Assembly (NCBI RefSeq): GCF_052425735.1
Contig: NC_135759.1
Span: forward strand, 32,922,001-32,986,000
Origin: Oculina patagonica
Lineage: Eukaryota
DNA length: 64,000 nucleotides
Direction of reading: 5' to 3'
Shown: piece by piece, positions 23,621 to 36,900 of the stretch
Layout of the letters: the number at the start of each line of letters is the position of its first letter
Position numbering within the stretch: the first letter of the stretch is position 1
Notes under the pieces: model-generated
Seen by the model: the letters and a program-made list of their open reading frames with translations, nothing else
What the model was told of the DNA's origin: nothing
Databases searched by the model: none
Made by a program: the position numbers and the translations under genes

Positions 23621-26311
23621 ATGGAGACTGGTTTAAATCTGGCTTGTTTATTTTTACTTTCACTATTTAGTATCACAGGTAAGATAAAAAGTAATTTTGT
23701 AAGCAACTGCTAGCCCGATAACAACAGTACTCCGTTTGCTATAGCTTAGCTCATTTGATTTAACTAAAAGTATACATCACCCTTCCCAAACTCAATTGAC
23801 AACTGATATTATACGTTGTGAGTTTATGTGCATACACGTTTGCTATCATTCAGGCCTTCTCAGTCTAGTTTTTCGCAGTTATTCCAGTCTGTCAAGTTAC
23901 ATTATTGCTTCTTTTTTCTCAATTTTACATCAATTTCTACTTGTGAAAGTGATTAATGAAGATATTAATAATAATAATTTAATATTTATAATGCGCAAAT
24001 CATACATGTAAAAAATTATTAAATGCTCAAAACTAATTAAAAAATTCTTAAATTAAAATATTTAACAAAACACAAATATGAAACTAAGGTAAGTAAATAT
24101 CAAGTAAAGTAAATCATCGCAGTGTATTTCCAATTTAAGCAATTGGAATAAAGAAGCCCGAGAGAAAAATCAGGGCTTTAACGGGATTCGAACCCCGTTG
24201 ACCTCCGCGATTCTACTTGTGTTTAAAAGAATAGCTAACATGATTATTCTGCTCCTCTATTAGCCGCAAATCTCGAACTGATCTCGTCTGACAAGACACC
24301 TTGTAAGAAAAGTGCAGTAAACTACAATGTCACACTCAGCAAAGGCGCCAAGGCTGGAAAATATTACAAAATGGCAGGAATTCACAAGATGGACGAATGT
24401 CTAGGACACTGTTGTGGGTCTAAGAGATGTGACGTTGCCTTCATGGTGAATAAAAACTGTTATCTAGTCAAGTGTTTTAATTCAGACTCGTGTGCCATCA
24501 AGCAGTCCGATAATTCCAAGTTTGACACGATGCTTTCTGTGGTGTCTAAATCAAACGCAAAGGAGACAAAAGGTATGCCCGCTCATTTTCTGCATAGCAC
24601 TATTTTATGATTTGTTTTCTCATTTTGCCAAAAGTTATAAAAATATAAATTAACGTTAATGTAAAGAGTGACGTTTCTCCCAAAGAAAGATATACTTTTG
24701 AGAAAAGTACCAAGAAGAATTTTTATTCCTCGTGTAGTATTATTTTCTCACCAACGCCCTTCTTGCGTTTTAACCAGATATGCTTCTGTTTTAACTAAAT
24801 AGCTAACGCCTACCTATTTAGTTGGCAGTTCTCAATTACCGTACTTGTGCATTTATATTATGAAATGGTTATGCCTACGCAGCGTTATTTTCATTTATTT
24901 CTGTCTAGCCTCATAGCCCAGTCAGTCGACTGGTTCAACTAGAATTGTCTTCTCCGAAACTTCTGGATTCCGGTTAAATATTTGCCCTTGTAGTATAACT
25001 TCTTTGCTGGTGTTAAAGCTCGTCGGTTAGCACTCCAAATGATGCTTAATCACTTCTATCGCCGACACCTTGTTTGATTAGCCTCTCGTTTGTTTGATTC
25101 GGTTATCATCATGAAGACATAAACATATTTGCATGATGGTGAAGAAATTATTCTACATGACACGAGCGTCGGACAAAGAAAAAATCTGACTGGTCCCCGA
25201 CGGGAATCGAACCCATGGCCTCCCAGATACCGGTTGGGCGCTCTAACCAACTGAGCTACGTAAGACTCGCTGTGAGCTAGGCCATTTACTAGGTTGATAA
25301 GTGACACGCGTCCTGCATACTGCTAGGATCAGCAATGTCGAAATCATCAAATTTGTAGTAAATAATAAAGCATGGTAGATGGTAGATTTTAAGCTCGGTG
25401 ATAAAAAATCTTTGATCTTTCATCACACAGGAGAAGGAAAAGGGGAACCTGCTATGGAGGAAAACCTTCAGGAGAAGGCTTCTGGAACAGAAACCACAGA
25501 CCCTTTTATTGTTGACAAAGGAGAAGATGACATGACCACAGTGACTGCTTTTGGGGTGAGTTGGAGCTTTTTACTGTGTAGTCACTACGGCAAGACGGTG
25601 AGATGAAGACAGAAACCGCAATCGTCCTTGGGGCCACCTTATGTCGAGGCTAATAAATTTAGGTTTAAACAAAGTTACAGTCCTTTATTAAAGCAAGTCT
25701 AGCCATCCTGGCCAATTTAATTCAGTGGCAACATATTCGTTGGTAGGCGAATTGATAGAATATAAATGTGATTGCAAGATGCTCGTGTGCGTCGAATTCC
25801 TTGCAACTGCAACACGCTCAAGTCACAGAAGGTGAAGAAACAGCTGTGTTCACGCTGGGCATTCTTTATGACTTGGCATAGCACAGTGTCGACCTTTTCT
25901 CACAATTCCAAGCAGTTTAGTATCAGCATTGTATTTATACTCAAAACCTTAGCATATTGTCAAGCCTTGTGAAGAGAATGAACGCATTCTTTAACTTGGG
26001 ATATTTCCTTCATTTACAACCAAATTCTCAGAAATTGGCAAAAGGTATCAAAAATCAAAATGTGACTCTACTATACAGTATGGTTAGAAACTATAGAAAG
26101 CTGTGTACATTGTCAATAGTGTTTTAGACACTTCAAGACTTAAGATGTTTTTGACAATGTTTTGTAGACTGGAAACACAAAACGATCAAAGCGGTCTTCT
26201 GATGTAATCGACATGGTGGTAGCGATCGGCTGCGGAACTGTGGCTGTTGCAGTGGGCGTGGCTGGTGTCATTGTGATGACAAGACGTTTGATTGACAACA
26301 ACAAATCATGA
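23621..26311 (+). CDS. Gene A: type-I membrane protein (211 aa): signal peptide, one MANSC/KIAA0319-N-like Cys-rich domain, acidic linker, TM helix
   Basis: Exons 23621-23678 (METGLNLACLFLLSLFSIT), 24264-24572 (C...NVTLSKGAKAG...CLGHCCGSKRCDVAFMVNKNCYLVKCFNSDSC), 25431-25555 and 26168-26311 (TGNTKRSKRSSDVIDMVVAIGCGTVAVAVGVAGVIVMTRRLIDNNKS*). 636 nt in frame. Probable UTR-exon donor at 22300. Confidence 0.87.
24105..24212 (-). mobile_element. tRNA-related SINE-like repeat fragment
   Basis: B-box GGTTCGAATCCCG on the minus strand with a non-tRNA tail. Confidence 0.55.
25150..25425 (-). mobile_element. tRNA-related SINE-like repeat (same family as 27270-27495)
   Basis: Minus strand GTAGCTCAGTTGGTTAGAGCG...GGGTTCGATTCCCGTCGGGGAC...TTTTTTCTTTGTCC. 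A related copy lies on the plus strand at 27270-27495. Confidence 0.8.
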
Positions 26312-27269
26312 TTTACAAGCTGACGTGAGACAAATGCTGGGCGTGTTCACACGAATTGTAAAAGAGTACTGTCGCGAACTGTTTGCTTTGTAGAACATTA
26401 TTGTCAACCATTCAAAACTGTAACAAGAATTTACTTGGAAGTAAGGATGATTATGGATAGCGGGAATTGAAATGGGTCGCAAAACGGACAAAATTGAGAA
26501 CATATTGTTGTCAAGCTTTCAAGTCCGGTTAGGAATGCTTTAAACGCATGTAAAGTTAGTTTTCCCAAGTGAGGAAATATTTTATTCACTGCGTATAACA
26601 TTTGAGTGGTAACAGTCTCAGATCAGCCTTTCTTTTACACTGTAGAGCTTATAGGAATTTTGCTAGAGCAGCTGTTAAAAAACAGCTTCAAAACCTTTAA
26701 CATTATTTTTGTAATGGTGCATTATATATTAATATTTTGATTTTTAAACTCGTATAGGTTTTGTTTTAAACAATTGCTATCAACCCTTGTAGTAGGGGCG
26801 TCTTTTTATAAAATGCATTTCAAAACTTAAAGGACCTAAGATCGTTGAATACAAAACTAAATTTATGACAAAGCACAATCATCGATATTCTGCCGATACT
26901 GTCTTTGGTGTACAGTCGACCCTCTCCTTACGGAGACCATAATAATAAGAACACGTCTATATAAAGGACAGTCTCATTTGGGTCCAGAGAAATCAGAATC
27001 TCTACCTCTGTAATGAGTCTTTAATACAGACAATAGTAAAATGATACAAATCATGCATTAAAGTGTTGTTTTATTTACGTACATTGTCTTTGGTTTGGTT
27101 TATCAGTAATAGTCTCAGAGAGACGTTTTGCGTTGTGAGTCAGCTTTTTGCCCTTCGTTATTATCCCCGTCGGGTTTAGCCCAAGATCTTCAAGATTTAT
27201 TGCAAAAGTTGTACTCAGTAAATGGCGCCATAGTGTTCTAACCGGCTAACCGCAAGATCACGTAAATGG

Positions 27270-27495
27270 CCAACTTGTTAGAGGAAGGTCATTTGCATAT
27301 GAATACAAATAAACCTAGTACTGAAGACCTAGCTCATCAGCACTCTATCCCCTGGAACTCAGTAGCTAGAGCATCCGACCGGTGTACGGAAGGGTATGGG
27401 TTCGACTCCCGTCGGCTGGGGGCTCAGAGTTGTTCTTTGTCCATCGCTCGTGACCACAGATCTTACGTCTTTTTCAATAATACTTATCATGTTTC
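27270..27495 (+). mobile_element. tRNA-related SINE-like repeat
   Basis: AACTCAGTAGCTAGAGCATCCGACCGGTG...GGGTTCGACTCCCGTCGG...TTCTTTGTCCATCGCTCGTGAC. Confidence 0.7.
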
Positions 27496-30400
27496 TTAGT
27501 CCTAAAAGATGCTCGGCAACTTTAGGGCAACTGTTCATCTTCCGAGCAACTTGGTAGAAACTTTTTACAATTTCTAGACCAAAGAGATCGGAAGATTGTC
27601 CGAGTGTTGTTCGAAGGCCGTACGAACGTTTCCAAGTATTTTTCGAACTTTTCCGAAAATTAACGAAATTTACCGAAGGTTTTCGAGGAAGTTCAGGAGA
27701 TGCTGGAAAATGCTTCAACTTTCGGATCATTTGGCATTAAAATCTCCTCAGCAAACATGGCGTCAAAGGTATCTTTACGATTGTTCTTAGTGAAAGAAAT
27801 CCTTGTAATTCAACAATTTCTTTTTTCTTTTCAAGTGTTATTTAGATTTTTCTGTTGCATGTTAATGCTAAGAAATCTTACCTTCAAAGGGAAATTACCA
27901 TATATTTGGAGAACTTCTTAATCAAAAGCAATGTTTTGAATTTTTTAGAGCAACTTTTTGAATTTTGGAGCAACTTTCAAGCAACTTTTTAAGAAATTTT
28001 AAGCATCTTTGGGACAGCCCTAATGTTACTTAGCAACGCCACTGACCAACACGCGTTGGCAGCGCTGGCTCAATGGAGCTTCAAATTCAAGCGATTCGTT
28101 TACCATGAGTTAGATTTTTATGCCCCAAGCAGGCTTCTTAGTTTGGAGTTAAGTTTTCTTGAGAAATATCAGTTTTGTCCATAAATTTCTTTTTCTAAAA
28201 TAAAAGGGGACCATTAATTGAACACCTGAAATTTGTGATCTCCTCACAATGAGTAGCCTGCGTTTTTAGTTAATGAGCTAGTCTAATTTTAGTTTTTTGA
28301 AAACCATCATTGTCATTCTTTTTAGTTCCTTTTTTTGCGCAGACGGTCACACCCTTTTCTATGCAATCAGTAAGGAGTCATTTACTGCTTTTGGTGCCAA
28401 AAAACCTTAAATAGCCACACCTCAGAAATAAAATTGCAAAGTGTCAAATAAATTTCATAAAAAAAAATCAAACGGAAAGCCTTCAAGCATAACTTCACAG
28501 CGAGTTTTTAATTTGCTTTTGCAAATCGTTAATTAAACTTTTGGTCAATTTAATTTGCCTTGCATGGTTCAATAACTTCTTTTCTTTTCTGAGTTTTGAA
28601 TTCTTTTTGAACAAATCATAGCGTATTGCCCCCTGAGATAACCTCCTGCAGCCCAAAGCCACACGTTGTGTGAAACAGAGCGTGAAATATTCTATCTTAG
28701 GATTTGGACACGGATGTGAACACGGCTTTCTTTTGGTCAGTAGATCACCTGCAAAGCTATGACTGGGCACTTCCCATAGTTAGCCGAGTAACACCGCCCA
28801 CAATCACAGCCACGCACTTTTAACTCTTATAAACTTCAGAAGAAAGCGTTGAAGCCGGAATAGGATACCGTGTGCGAGGAATTCTTTAGAATACAATCGG
28901 TTGTTTTGAGTGTAGTTAATAGATCATCAAATGTAACGAGTTACAAGGCCTTTTCGTTGTTCGTTTGTTTATGTTTCGTGCCAACTAAGCGTGCAATTTA
29001 AGTGGAAAACACTATGCCAACCTGTTTGTCTGTCAGATTTTTTGCTACTACTGGTACACAGTTGATTAAGTATCTGCTTCGTTAAACTGGCGGGCTTGAT
29101 TCGACAACTCAAACTGAATAATCAAAGTTTTGACGGAACGCTCAATCCAATTTTCCCGCCTTTGTCGCGACTTTTTGATGTTGCTCGGAATCGAGGTTCT
29201 GGACTCAACTAGAAGCTTCTAAATTTAGCCACAAAAATCAGCTGATTATAATGAAAAATTCATGAATCTTAAATAGCCTTCCTTCTCGATTTCAAGCAAA
29301 GGGTTGACGTAATATTGATTCTAAGAATTAAGGTTTTAACTTTCATCGCTTCTCAACTGCAAATTCCGCAACGATGAAGGACACGGACCTCCTGCCTTAA
29401 TTTTAGGTGAGTCATTGTTTCCTTTTGTGACTTGTGTTGGACGATTGCTTTGATGTTTTAAACGATGTCTGATCTTAATCTTTCCGATTGCTGGTTTGTT
29501 TTGCCTCGTGTGGACTTGTCTATCTTATACCAGCACAATAAATCTAAACCAAACTTTGTTAAGGCACTTAAGTTTATAATGAGCGCGAGGCAAACATATG
29601 GCCTTAGGTTGAAACGTCATATTTCCTTCTGCCGTTGTTATCTTAAATGGACTTTAATGACGGGTTTCTTGTTTTTTTAGCAAAGGCACGGTAATGATTG
29701 CGAAACTTAACGCCGCCGTGAAACACAAAATACCCCGGATAGATTTTGCGTCGCGGACCGCTAGAGTTTCGATTATCTGCGCTGTGTTAACCCCTGCCAT
29801 TTAGCATTGTCACATAGTCAGACGCGAATGGTTGACGACTTTGAGACAAGATTATCCACAGCAATTGCATGTTATTGTTATATAATCGATCGTTCGTTTA
29901 AGTAATCATCTAAAGTCATCCTTCACTTATCAATACCACGAGTATAAGCGTAAAAATCTGGAGATTTACCGGATGAATTAATGTCCCTACTTAAAACCTT
30001 TTGTATAAGAACTAAGCACGCGTTATTCTGATCGTAAAGGCTTTATGAGTTTTGACATAACTTTGTTTTATTAACCAATCAGGGGAGTTTTGTTTGGTCA
30101 AGTTTAATCTAGTGACATACATGTTAACGATGACAATATAACGATATCATTACTAGAGCTGTGCAGTACAAGTGTATGTATGTAAGTCGCGTTTCAAAGC
30201 AGCTTTGCAAACCGCAACTTGACATTAATAGAAATGGAAACAATTCAGTGCTTAACTGTTCATCCATTTTCTTAACTATGCATTTTCCAATTTGTTCTAT
30301 TGAATTTAATACGATTAACATGCTGATAAAGAATCTAATTTTGAAAGCGCGCTTTGCATGTGTAATCAGTTACTCCAATAACGGGCTGAACCTGATCTTG

Positions 30401-30984
30401 ACCAATATTTCCAATAGCACCAATTGCAGGGAAACAACGTGCTACATATAATGACACATTCGATCTCATCCATTCATACTGATACTGAGGGGTCGAAATT
30501 ATATTAAGATAAAAAAATTACGAGGCAGAACATTAAATCGTTGTTAAAAGGTTCCTCTCTACCTCTGGTCAGTGATTTTACAATCTCGCATTCTCGCTTA
30601 GTCGATCACGGGCACCTTTCCATCTATCCACCCAGTTACTTAAGTTTGACTGCAGTCCCAACATAGCAACATAGCCTAGTCCAATAATGGCAGTCGGTTT
30701 TTTGTGTTGGCTGTCGAACTTGCCTTTTTTCTGTGGAGATAGAAAATGAAAACATTGAAGTGAAAAGACTTAAAAACCGTAATTACATAGAAAAGATACG
30801 CAAATATAAGCGCTGCATTCAATTTCTCCTCAGCAAACCTTTTGACCTCAGCAGGTGTCCTAGCTTGCATTAGTTTGACTTATTTCAGTTTTATATTTAT
30901 TTCTGGTATCCTTGCGTGTCAGGTATTTCAGAAGATTAAAAGCTAAAGGACAAAGTTAGGATCCGTGAGATTCGTGGATTCAAG

Positions 30985-33900
30985 ATGATGCGTTTCATTC
31001 AGTTTCTGTTGTGTCTGATGTCACTCAAATCAACGACCAGAGCTCAAGGTGTGCATATTTATAACGTCTTTGCTAAGAAATGCTATTAAATGCGAGAGTC
31101 ATCAACATCTAATCGTCTAATTTCTCTTTACGGTATCAACAGACAGTCGAACCTCTACTTACTGACACTTCTATAATACGGACACCTCCCTATTGCGGAC
31201 AGTCTACTTGGTCCAAAAGAGACCAAAATTCATATTAATTCTACCTCTATAATACGGACACCTCCACAAAACGGGCACTCTTCCCTATCCCTTTTGGTGT
31301 CCTTATTAAAGAGGTTTGACTGTACAGTCGAACTTAATACGAATACACCCCCATTACGGACGGTTTACTTGGTCCAAAAAAGACTAAAAATTCTTACAAT
31401 CTCTACCAACGTAATACGGGCACCACAATAATACGGGCTCTCTTCTCTGCCCTTTGGTTTTTGTATTTAAGTGATTCTACTAAATACTTAAAATGTTAAG
31501 TCATGAGTTTTACCTAGCAGGTAGTTAGCTCGAGAACGTAACCGCGTCGTCCAAGTTAATTGCACACCTCCTAAATTTCGTTCTTGTATATATTTTGTTC
31601 TCTCCAAATGTCAGTAAAAAGACGATCTTAACCGTAGTTTTATTCCAAACATTTCAGTATTCCAAATGTTTCTCATGGACCAGAAAGGGGAAAACGCTCA
31701 AGTCCTGGACACCGTCAAGTTACCCACATGCACTCATTTGGACATAAAACATGACGTCACGTTGCGCGGCGGAATCAAATCCGGGAATTTCACCAAGCTC
31801 GGTTACCTGAGAGACATGCAGACATGCGTGGATGCTTGTTGTCAGGATCAAAAGTGTGACGTGGCTTTTATGCCAGGTCACGTGTGTTATTCAGTAAGCT
31901 GTTTTAGTGAGAAACTTTGCGAAAGTATTCCAGCTGTGCCTTCCACTGCAGCCAATAAGAGTGTGAGGATTTCTCACGTAGTTCGTGGCGGAGGGAAAGG
32001 AGATGACTTGGAGCAGTTTAAGAAAACACAAGGGATGGCAAAATACAGTAAGTTAAATTTTTATATATATACTTCATTGCAATCTAAAGTTCTACGTTGA
32101 AAAAAGTTTTCACTTAACTGATACACCCAAGATGTTGAGTCACTACTAGTAAATTGTATATCGGTAATTCAGGAATACGTTATTTAGTGTACAAAGTAAA
32201 AGAAGGTAAGATGTATTTTTATTTAAAAAAAAATGATGGCATCTTTGGGGACTGATTGACTTAAACACTCTGTACATTTTTCATACTTTGGGCTAGATAT
32301 TTGTTCAGTAGGATCTTTTTCACTAAAAATGGAAAACATAGATACTCTACTAAGAAGACCTCTAATAATATAAAGTAAAGCAATACGGAAAACATTTTCG
32401 TAAAGGTCAGGACACACTATGCGACAAGTCGCAGCGACAGGTCGCTGCGACGAGTCGCTCCGTGTTTACGGCTTACAAACAAGTCGCTGCGACAAGGTGT
32501 TTGTTTGGTGTACAAACAAAGAATTCATGGTTAATTCATATTTTGTCGCAGCGACTTGTCACAGCGATTTGTCGCAGACGTGTACACACGATGCGACAAC
32601 GCTGCTATCGCTTATTTTGTCGCTGCGATGTGTCGCACAAATTCAAACCAGTTTGAATTCTGTCGCAGCGACACAGTTTGTCGCATGTCACACGAGGCGA
32701 CGTGTTGCAGCGACGTGTCGCCTAGTGTGTCCCGACCTTAAAACACTATTACTCGCACCAAGTAAAGAGGAATTTTTTCCCGATTGTTGAAAACATCTGC
32801 ATATAATGAAAGCTAACTTTATTATTTTCTTACAGCTCAGAAAAATTCAGATCAATGCACACCAAGTCGAATTATGACCAATCACACTCTAAGGGGAGGC
32901 AAGACAGCTGGGCAAATTAAAGACCTTGGAATGGTGGAAAGTGTAGAGGACTGCATCGAAAAATGTTGCGGGGAAAAAACATGCGAAGTCGCTTTCCTGG
33001 TAGATGGCAAGTGTCATTCGATCGAGTGTTATGGAGACGAGCTTTGTCAGACTTTTCCTGTGGAAGATGAAACGTTCTCTCCGACGGTTGTTTATATGAA
33101 CAAGAGAAACGGCAAAAGAATGAAGGATAAAAGTAAGGCTGCTAAAACGGTTTCTCATTAACTTCGCAAATTATCTCGGGGATCAATCACATGCTGAGGG
33201 GACTGAATGGGTAAAGTGGGAATTGGATTTGGGCAAATTTTCACTGGGAAAATGAGATTTGGGTCACTGGGACTGGGATAAACAATAGTACTGGGACTGT
33301 AATTTGTAATATCGGAAAGACAATAGGCTGGGGAATGGGACTTGGGCAATATTTGGTCTGGAAAATTGATTTTTCATACCCCCACTTCAGTATCCTCCGT
33401 GCTAGCTGGCCTTACATCCGCCCTATTAATGGAATGATTTTTTCTTTGCTGTCTTACTGTATAGGCACGTGCAGTTCCCCATGTGTGTCGGGAGTTTGTA
33501 CAGCTAAAAACAAGTGTGCGTGTGATAGAGGATTTGAAGGACCGCACTGCAACGATACTGCAACTGCAGGTAGGTTGAGGAGGGAGGTGTGGTGTTTTGA
33601 AAGCTAGAGCTTTGTCCCCTCCCTTCTATATATTAAAGTGGACTTATTAAAGTACCCACTATTTTGAACAAAGAAATTGTATTTGTACATAATCTTCGCT
33701 TTCACTTAAGCTATACAATATTTTCCTTAATTATGTCGATGTAGGCTTGGTCAGTATTGAAATGCCAAACTCTATACATGCATGAAATCTCCTGTTTCCA
33801 GTCAAGGAAAAAGAATAAGACATTGGGTTGAATAAAACCACAACCAAATGTATTGAGTTAAAAATTGTATGTTTTGCCTCCACTACACATCGGGACACAC

Positions 33901-36900
33901 ATCTCAGTTATAAATTGGGTGCGTTGGCCAGCCGAGCCACCGTCCCGTTTATTCAACCTCAACGGATAATACAAGAAATTACAAACTATGAATAACGCTA
34001 GAAAACTTAATGCACAAGAGCCGGACACGAAAACCCCTAAAAACCAGCAAGTGGAGAAAACGGGGAACGTGTGCCCCCGACCAAGGCAGTGGCGCAACCC
34101 TTGGGGTTTTAGGGTATTCTATCTAACATACTGTAAACAAATACTTTTCGAAATATATGATCTTACAGTGATACAATTATAATAGGAGAACTATTTTTTT
34201 TTTTACACAAAACGAAGCGTAAGCCTGCATCCACGGATGACAAAGGAAATAAAAATAAAACCAAACATTGACCAAAACGTGGCGAAGGCTGACCGTAGAT
34301 TGTCTCACCTTCCTAACGGCCAGCTATTACAAACTCAAATCCCACTATACATTGCACACCGCAAACCCGCGCCCAACCCTCTAGTTCGTGCTGGCAAAAC
34401 AGTAATTTATGCTAATCTAAGACTATCACAAATTACATTTTACTTTTAAACGATATTCCAGGTTTCTGTGGATTGTCTGGCTGTGGAGTGTTTGGAGAAT
34501 GCTCGTTCAACGACACATGTGTTTGTGAGCCAGGATACTTTGGCCACCTCTGCAATAGCACGTGTAAGTAGACAATGGTTTCCAAGGAAATGTTCTCGTA
34601 TGCCCAAAGGGCTAGAAAAAGTCTCGAAGTGGACCAATAATCGACAAAGCTGTAGAATATTATTCTTTTAGGAAGCTGTTTTGATCCCAGCTGCGGAGAA
34701 GAAGACAGTGCTATCTTGCTTTGATTTGAATTCGCTTGGTGGAGTGACATTTCATTGTGCCTGAAAGTCGTTACAGACGAGAGGTCATGTATCCGCAAAT
34801 GTTGCAGCGTACAAAAAATGTGCTATAACACGAGGGGAAATGGCAGGCACAACAGAAAATCCATCGGGGACTTGCCGAGGGGACAAATTTTGCAAGGATG
34901 CGATTTCCTCTTGTTTGAATGGTGCATGTTTTTTTCACTGCAATTTGTCCATGCAAGGTGACCCTTCCGGAGAATCGACCTTCATAATCGGCGTAAAAAA
35001 CATTGTTGAAAATATTGGTTTCGAAACGAAGCTAGTACATATACGTTCTCATGCATTACCTCTATGGTACTTCGAGTGCACTTTGGTAATATATTCTAAT
35101 TTTCCCTTCCAGTAACCTGTAACCCGCAATGTGAAAATGGAAGATGCATCGACAATTCCACTAATTCAACAAAATGCTACTGTGAGATAGGATGGGAAGG
35201 ACAGTTTTGTAACAAAACAAATGGAGGTGAGGAAACACATAATGCACTATGAATGGTCCTAAATTGCACGAACCTGGAACCAACTTCAGACAAAAGTAGA
35301 TTTAGCCACTATTTCCGCTTCTACTGCACTTACAAAAACTAGCGCTTTGTCGAATTAAAAGAAAATTAGTCCTCTTAAACATTGTAAAGGATAGGAAGAG
35401 CGAATTGAATCTTATACTGGCTTTCTGACATTTTTTATCAATATCTTGGTATTTTGATTGTTTGTCTTTTTTGGTATTTTTGCACCAGTGTTGAATATTT
35501 GCTGAATACATAACGGCCTAAAATTATGTTATCTACTTTTTAAAGCCGACTTTCTCAAAAATTCTGTCATGAAATGAATAGAGAGGTCGTAAGCAATCCA
35601 TTACATTGATATAAGTAAGGTCATAAGCGTTAGTGTTATAAGCAAGTTCTTGTTTAGTCGGCTATTTTCTATTTACTAAATAAGGCTTTGACAGATGTGC
35701 TTTGTTCATTAGTTAAGTCATAAATGAAATGAACACAACAGTAACATGGTAGTGTGATACATTTTCGTTATCATTCTTAGATCGGAAAATTTATTCACCT
35801 TCAGGAGGGGAAGTGTTATTCACAAAAATGGACCAAGAGGCAGAGATGGATATCAAGGTAATGGAGAACATTCAAATATCCCTTTCTTTTCTTTCCGCCA
35901 ATACAAAAACTTGACACATCCTTTCTTTTATTCCCAAAAAATAAAATTTACTCATCAAATGTGAAGTAAAGACATTAAATCTTACTAAATTTGATTAACT
36001 CTGCCACAAAAAATTTGATTAACTCTGTCACAAAGCAGGACCTCTTTGCAAATGGTGTTATTCTTCTATAAAACCTACTGAATCTTTTACAACTGCCTTC
36101 TCGGGGTGGGGAGCTTTCATGTTAAATGCTCGTCTGTCGTGGTGGAAGCTTTATTTGACCTCTAAATACCATTCTAAAATAGACACACAAATGTACGAAC
36201 CAAAGCGGCTTTAAGGACAACATTTTAACATTCAATATTAGTGCACTGCAAAATAAATAAAAAAAACTAGACACTGAGCTTGCAATATAAATTACAAGTA
36301 TTCGGGTTTTTTAATTTTAGTGATTAGAAAATATTTGTTTTAAAACACATTCAACATGACTGTCAATAAAACAAACCACACGCCACGCGACCTTTCTAGA
36401 ATTAGTTGACACTACAGCTGCCCCCGCTGTTACTCAATTTTCGTTAAAGTTATAATTGGTAGACTTTCTCTTCTAAAGTAGAGGTAAATTAACTATAAAT
36501 TATGTCCTATTTACACTAGATTCATCAAATACCCTCCAAATCAGCTGAGTCCATCTCGGCCCTGGCTGTGGCGATCGGCTGTGGAGTGGCGGCAGCCATT
36601 GTTGGAAGAGGGTCTGAATGGGGGGTTCCACATGTCGGTAGTCGGTTAAAAATTCCTTACTTTGTCGGTTGTCGGTTAAAATTTTCGACCTTTGTCGGTT
36701 GTCGGTAAATCTCAGTTAATAATTAAAAGTGCCAGTTAATTATTAATATTTGTTAGTTAATTTACGCAGTTTTAAGACTTTAAACTCTAGACGAGATGTA
36801 AAATTTGTAATAAAACACTTAAACCTCGTTAACTCTGTTTTTTTTTTTAAGAATGTGTTCGTCTAGTACCGATAATATTACCAAAGCTTTTATTCTAGAT

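Noticed and set aside
12547-27495. tRNA genes at about 12550, 24180, 25200 and 27360
   Set aside because: They have A/B boxes but no complete cloverleaf and continue into repeat bodies; they are SINE-type heads.
32419-32790. Overlapping ORFs and periodic TGTCGC repeats resembling an array
   Set aside because: Internal repeats of a Harbinger MITE; no repeat-spacer structure, so not CRISPR.
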